Source of the DNA: Octopus bimaculoides
Lineage: Eukaryota
Assembly (NCBI RefSeq): GCF_001194135.2
Contig: NC_068981.1
Span: 75,692,306-75,735,724, forward strand
Reading direction: 5' to 3'
DNA: 43,419 bases
In this document: positions 38,833-43,419 of the stretch, piece by piece
Layout of the letters: every line of letters starts with the position of its first letter
Numbering within the stretch: the first letter of the stretch is position 1
Made by a program: the position numbers and the translations under genes
Notes under the pieces: generated by a model
Told to the model about the DNA's origin: nothing
What the model saw: the letters and a program-made list of their open reading frames with translations, nothing else
The model's database searches: none

Positions 38833-38911
38833 TGTGTGTGTACACACGCACACACACACACATATATGCATACATACATACATACATGCAAACACACACT
38901 CTCATATATAT

Positions 38912-39315
38912 GTAGGTGCAGGAGTGGCTGTGTGGTAAATAGCTTGCCTACCAACCACAGGTTTCCGGGTTCAGTCCCACTGCGTGGCACTTTGGGCAAA
39001 TGTCTTCTGCTATAACCCCGGGCCGACCAAAGCCTTGTGAGTGGATTTGGTAGACGGAAACTGAAAGAAGCCCGTCGTATATATACATGCGCGTATGTGT
39101 GTGTGTGTGTTTGTGAATCTATGCTTGTCCTTCCACCATCGATTGACAACCGATTCTGGTGTATTTACGCTCCCGTAACATAGCGGTTCGCCAAAAGAGA
39201 CCGATAGAATAAGTATTAGGCTTACAAAGAAGAAGTCCCGGGGTCGATTTTCTCGACAAAACGCGGTGCTCCGGCATGACCACAATCAAATAACTGAAAC
39301 AAATAAAATAATGAA
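38912..39315 (+). mobile_element. tRNA-derived SINE, family B (possibly CORE-type), full length
   Basis: Box-A-like TGGCTGTGTGG and box-B-like GGTTCAGTCCC, then GCACTTTGGGCAAATG (CORE-like), an internal (TA)/(TG) tract and an A-rich tail. Confidence 0.85.
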
Positions 39316-40639
39316 AAAAGAAATACATATAATCTCTCTCCCACATCGTAACGAAATCTTTAATACTAATGCGAGTAAGAAAGGGAAACGTTTACTTAAT
39401 TCTACTAATTTCTGTGACTATGATATACACTTGCAGTCCTAATCATTTGGTTTAAAGCCTGAAGTATTATAACGTATACATTTCTGGTAGTAGAAATTGT
39501 TTTGAAAAAAAAAAAATCAAATTAAACTATTATGAAAAACATGTACTCACATTTTATCGGAGCCACATTTATTAAAAGCGAAGTGAGATTCCTTAAATTG
39601 AAAAAAATACCCGTTTTAATATCTGAAAGTCAATTAAAATTGTGTTTGTTATTTTTAAATTTAGGTTTGCGAATCATTAATGTGTATAGTTGTGGACGAG
39701 AAAGAAATATAATTTGGTGTCACTCGATGCAGTTATTAATAAATTTCGTTTAATAATTTGTGATATAAACATATCTGTAATTCATTATTCTTCCAAAATA
39801 TGAGTATATATATATATATGTGTGTGTGTTTGTGTGCGTGTGTGTGTGTGTGTTTTATATACATGTATTGGGGTGCGGGGTGCTGTTGTATGCATATGTG
39901 TGTATATGTTAGAGCGAGTGAGTGTGCGCGCCAAAAACTTACAGAATATCTCAGGATGAAAGAGTGGAATTTGTTAAAATATAAGTGAAATTATTGAGCG
40001 CATCTAAGTGGCATAAGCGGATGAACGTTTGCTTTTAATATGTAACATTAGAAAAAAAAAACAAAACTCGTTATACATTCTCGACAGACACTACTTTTTT
40101 AACTTCGGTGCCGATAATATAAATATTAGCAATCCACAGGGATGATAAAATAAATAATATATTGCAGCGAATGCTATTTGCATACAACTGGTGGTCGTGG
40201 GTTTAAGAAATTAATCACTATTGATGGAAAACACACTTGGATATGTAAATCTATAGCATGGTATACTTCACTGCATTATGACATTTAGTATAACCTTCCT
40301 TCAGTTTTTGCCGGAAACTACACTATCATTTTAAGGTCAATAATATTAGTACCAGTGATATATTTGCTTCATTCCTACTAAAGAGTAGGGCGAAATATAT
40401 CAATATTGATAGCTATATCATATATATTTCACATTTTAATACTAAGTTTGTGATTCAATGTAATCGTTGCAACAGCTTAAAAGATTAATCGTGGAAAATT
40501 AACTAGAGACGCCATCCTCACGAATCAAAAAATTTGTCAAGAGGCAAAATAGTGTCCATGACACGTTCCACGGCATCCAAAACTGGAGGGAGGGAAATAA
40601 AACGGTATTCTCAAACTGAAAACGAAGTGTAGCTCCTGT

Positions 40640-40925
40640 TACAAATTGAACTCCGATAAAGTCACTCAGCGCTAGAAGATGGAGATAAACTGAGTGGTGG
40701 ATTAAGTCTACAACCGAACTATCCCTTGATGGGATTTGATCTAAGAACGAAAAGAACTGGAACGAATAATACAAGGAATTCGGTAAGACGTTCTACCAAT
40801 GCACCATCTTGGTGGTGGTGGTGGTGGTGGTGGTGGGGTTAATTTGTCTTTACCCTGAAAGGTCGAAATGCAAGATTGACCTGACTCAAATTTGAACTCA
40901 GAGCGAAGAGAGGTGGAGCAAATTC
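40640..40925 (-). mobile_element. Two strongly diverged family A SINE remnants separated by (GGT)n
   Basis: GGATTTGATCTAAGAACG and AAATTTGAACTCAGAGCG box-B remnants. Confidence 0.4.
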
Positions 40926-41249
40926 TGCGAGTGACTATGTTTGAGGCTCTAAAAATAGCGCATGTTTATATAAGTTCAGAATGCAAATAATGCAAATATT
41001 CGTAATGTGGTGAGTAAAACGAATTCAAATTTATGAAATATAGCTCCTCGAACGAATGTTATTTTTTTTTTTACATTTCCTTTCTGCATACATAATTAAC
41101 ATTTCGGTATTGTTGCCTCATTGTCTTAACCAAACTTGCTATGTCTTAATTAACTGCCATCACTACAAAAGTAATGTTTATTGATTGAAATGTTTTTACG
41201 TCCGTACATTAGCACTCAGTCAAATAAAGTTAAAGTAAGTGAAACTGTT

Positions 41250-41420
41250 GCTGAGTGCACCTCATACTAGAATATTGCACCGAGCTTAGTACATGTTTTA
41301 AATTAGTGTAATATTTCAAGCGAAGAAGGCAGTGGAGCATGTTAAAGACTGCTCTCAAATTATATGATCGTAACTACAGCACATGACAGTATCTTTAAAT
41401 GAATTGAATTTGAAGAATCA
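41250..41420 (+). mobile_element. Possible CR1/L2-type LINE remnant
   Basis: VHLILEYC then, in another frame, LNELNL, loosely matching VRP.LEYC...RL..LNL. Heavily decayed. Confidence 0.25.
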
Positions 41421-43374
41421 TTCCCTTTGTTAAACATTATTGAATACTTCGAAAGACACACTCGAACGCGCAATAAATATTATAGAACACCAGAGGAATT
41501 TTAATTTTCTTTCGGGCTTCGAAGGCCGGCACTATGACCCTCGACTTTTGAGTTTCTTCTAGACAGGTTAATCGGATGCCAAAGTTAACTTACAGATGGT
41601 GAAGAGAAACTTGAACATTTACAAGCTAATTCCTGTACAATAGATATGAATATGCAAAAAATTGCAGACAACTAATGTTTTGATACAGAAGGAATGGGTG
41701 AGTCTGTTTGAGTGGTTCTTGGCAGTTTGGACGCAAGAAAGTGAATGATTAGGGGTGACGGGTAGGATAAAAATGACTGAATACAGGTGTTGTACAAGCG
41801 TTTATCACTACAACTCAATGTCGTATAGATGTTTCTTTATGGTAACCTCATCTGTTATTCTACAGAGAGAGAGGGAGAGTGAGAGAGAGAAAAAATAAAG
41901 AAAGAAAGGGGAAAGCATACAAGTAAATCGATAGATAAACAGCTATACATACAGGTAAATAAGGAGATAAATAGACAGACTGACAGATTAGTCGGTTGTC
42001 TGTACGGAGCTTGTAGTGACTATGAGACAATGTGCTACAGCTGGTCGACCTAAACGTGTCAATATTTTATTAGTTCTTGATGACAAGAACTTGATCGTTT
42101 TAGTTCATGCATTAGTAGAAATTAAATTAAATATTGAACTTCTGAACTTCTAAACATGTCTTCATACGTCCATTAACTAGATTCTTATAATTCGTTTGTC
42201 ATCTTCAACCGTATAAGAGTGCTTGTTTAACAGGCGTTATTACCTTGTCATTTTGTAAGTTTGAAGATGAATATCATGAACTGAAAGACAGAGAGTAATT
42301 GTTTGTATACATACATACATACATACATACATACATACACTCACATATATCGTTTCTCAATAAGTTGCATATTTGCCAGGACATTTAATTTCTGAAAAGT
42401 AGACAAATGATACACTTTGTTCAAGAGACTAACATCCGGTTGTTGACTGAAATCGCAGTATATGTTATAACAAATTCTGTGCCCTGCAGAAATTGATCTT
42501 TCTCTCGCTTCCAAACTGGCGTATTTGAATAGGAAATATAACTTTCACGAAAAAGGATGTGATACGCCGTACTTTCCTCGGTAATAGAATAAATCACATT
42601 TCTTGATAATTCGTTATTCAGTTACTTCTTTTTTTTTTTATTTATGTGTAGATGTAAAATTTTCGCCGCAGTTATTGAATTTTACTTGGTGACATTAATC
42701 GAGGTGAATGCTTCAAGAACATATATCTAGACATACGTTAAAATATGAGCATTTACACGAAAGACACATTGGTTTATAACATATATTATTTCCAGATTTC
42801 TCCGCATTCACTGTCTTGTTTTCAAATTCTGCAATATTATGAAGATTTGTGACGATAGGTATATGCTATTTCGTCGGCCATCTGCAGATCTAAAGTCCTA
42901 AATAAATCATTATAGTTGTTAACATCTTTGAATTAAGAAAATATTATTGAAGTTGTGATGCTGGTGAATGTAGATTATGCTTTCTCCAATTATTGCTGCC
43001 ACATATAGAATGTGAGAGAATATAGAAATCATTGTTAAAATAATGTACATAGCTGACTCGAGGTATTTATTGCGTTTAATCGACTATAGATTATGCAAAT
43101 GTATTCTTAGGATATAAATTGTTACTCTTCTAACAAATGGCATTTGCCTATATATTACGGAAGTACTTAAATTCAGGACGAATTGCATACTATAGTCCGA
43201 AATATGTAATATACCGAAAATGAAGGCAGGAAAGGAAGGACGCAACTACATAATCTTTGATTACTGTTTTGCAATAACTAATGAATTTCTTATAATGAGC
43301 AGCAACACCAATGAATGAGGAAAAACTATCTCTCTTTCTCTCCAACTTTCTCTTTCTCTCAGGATATGTATGTA

Positions 43375-43419
<45 letters not shown>

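Noticed and set aside
40499-40774. 91-aa minus-strand ORF
   Set aside because: Overlaps a decayed SINE; no recognisable motif or splice context.

Overview
AT-rich, microsatellite-saturated eukaryotic DNA with nine assembly gaps. The repeat families resemble those I recall from octopus (coleoid cephalopod) genomes; this is unverified. No host protein-coding gene, rRNA, true tRNA or CRISPR array is supported, and almost all track ORFs are microsatellite or N-run artefacts. Recognisable content: (1) two tRNA-derived SINE families in many copies; (2) a cluster of R4/Dong-like non-LTR retrotransposon fragments (RT plus restriction-like endonuclease) at 24.7-31.7 kb, all on + and mostly bounded by (TAA)n-type arrays; (3) a Helentron-type non-autonomous element nested in one such array; (4) two copies of a mariner-derived MITE and a Tc1 transposase tail; (5) an unclassified interspersed repeat present twice in opposite orientation. 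The standout is a ~395-bp fold-back at 13989-14382 between (TA)n tracts. Each arm encodes a Penelope-type minimal hammerhead ribozyme motif, one per strand, and the two copies carry different defects.
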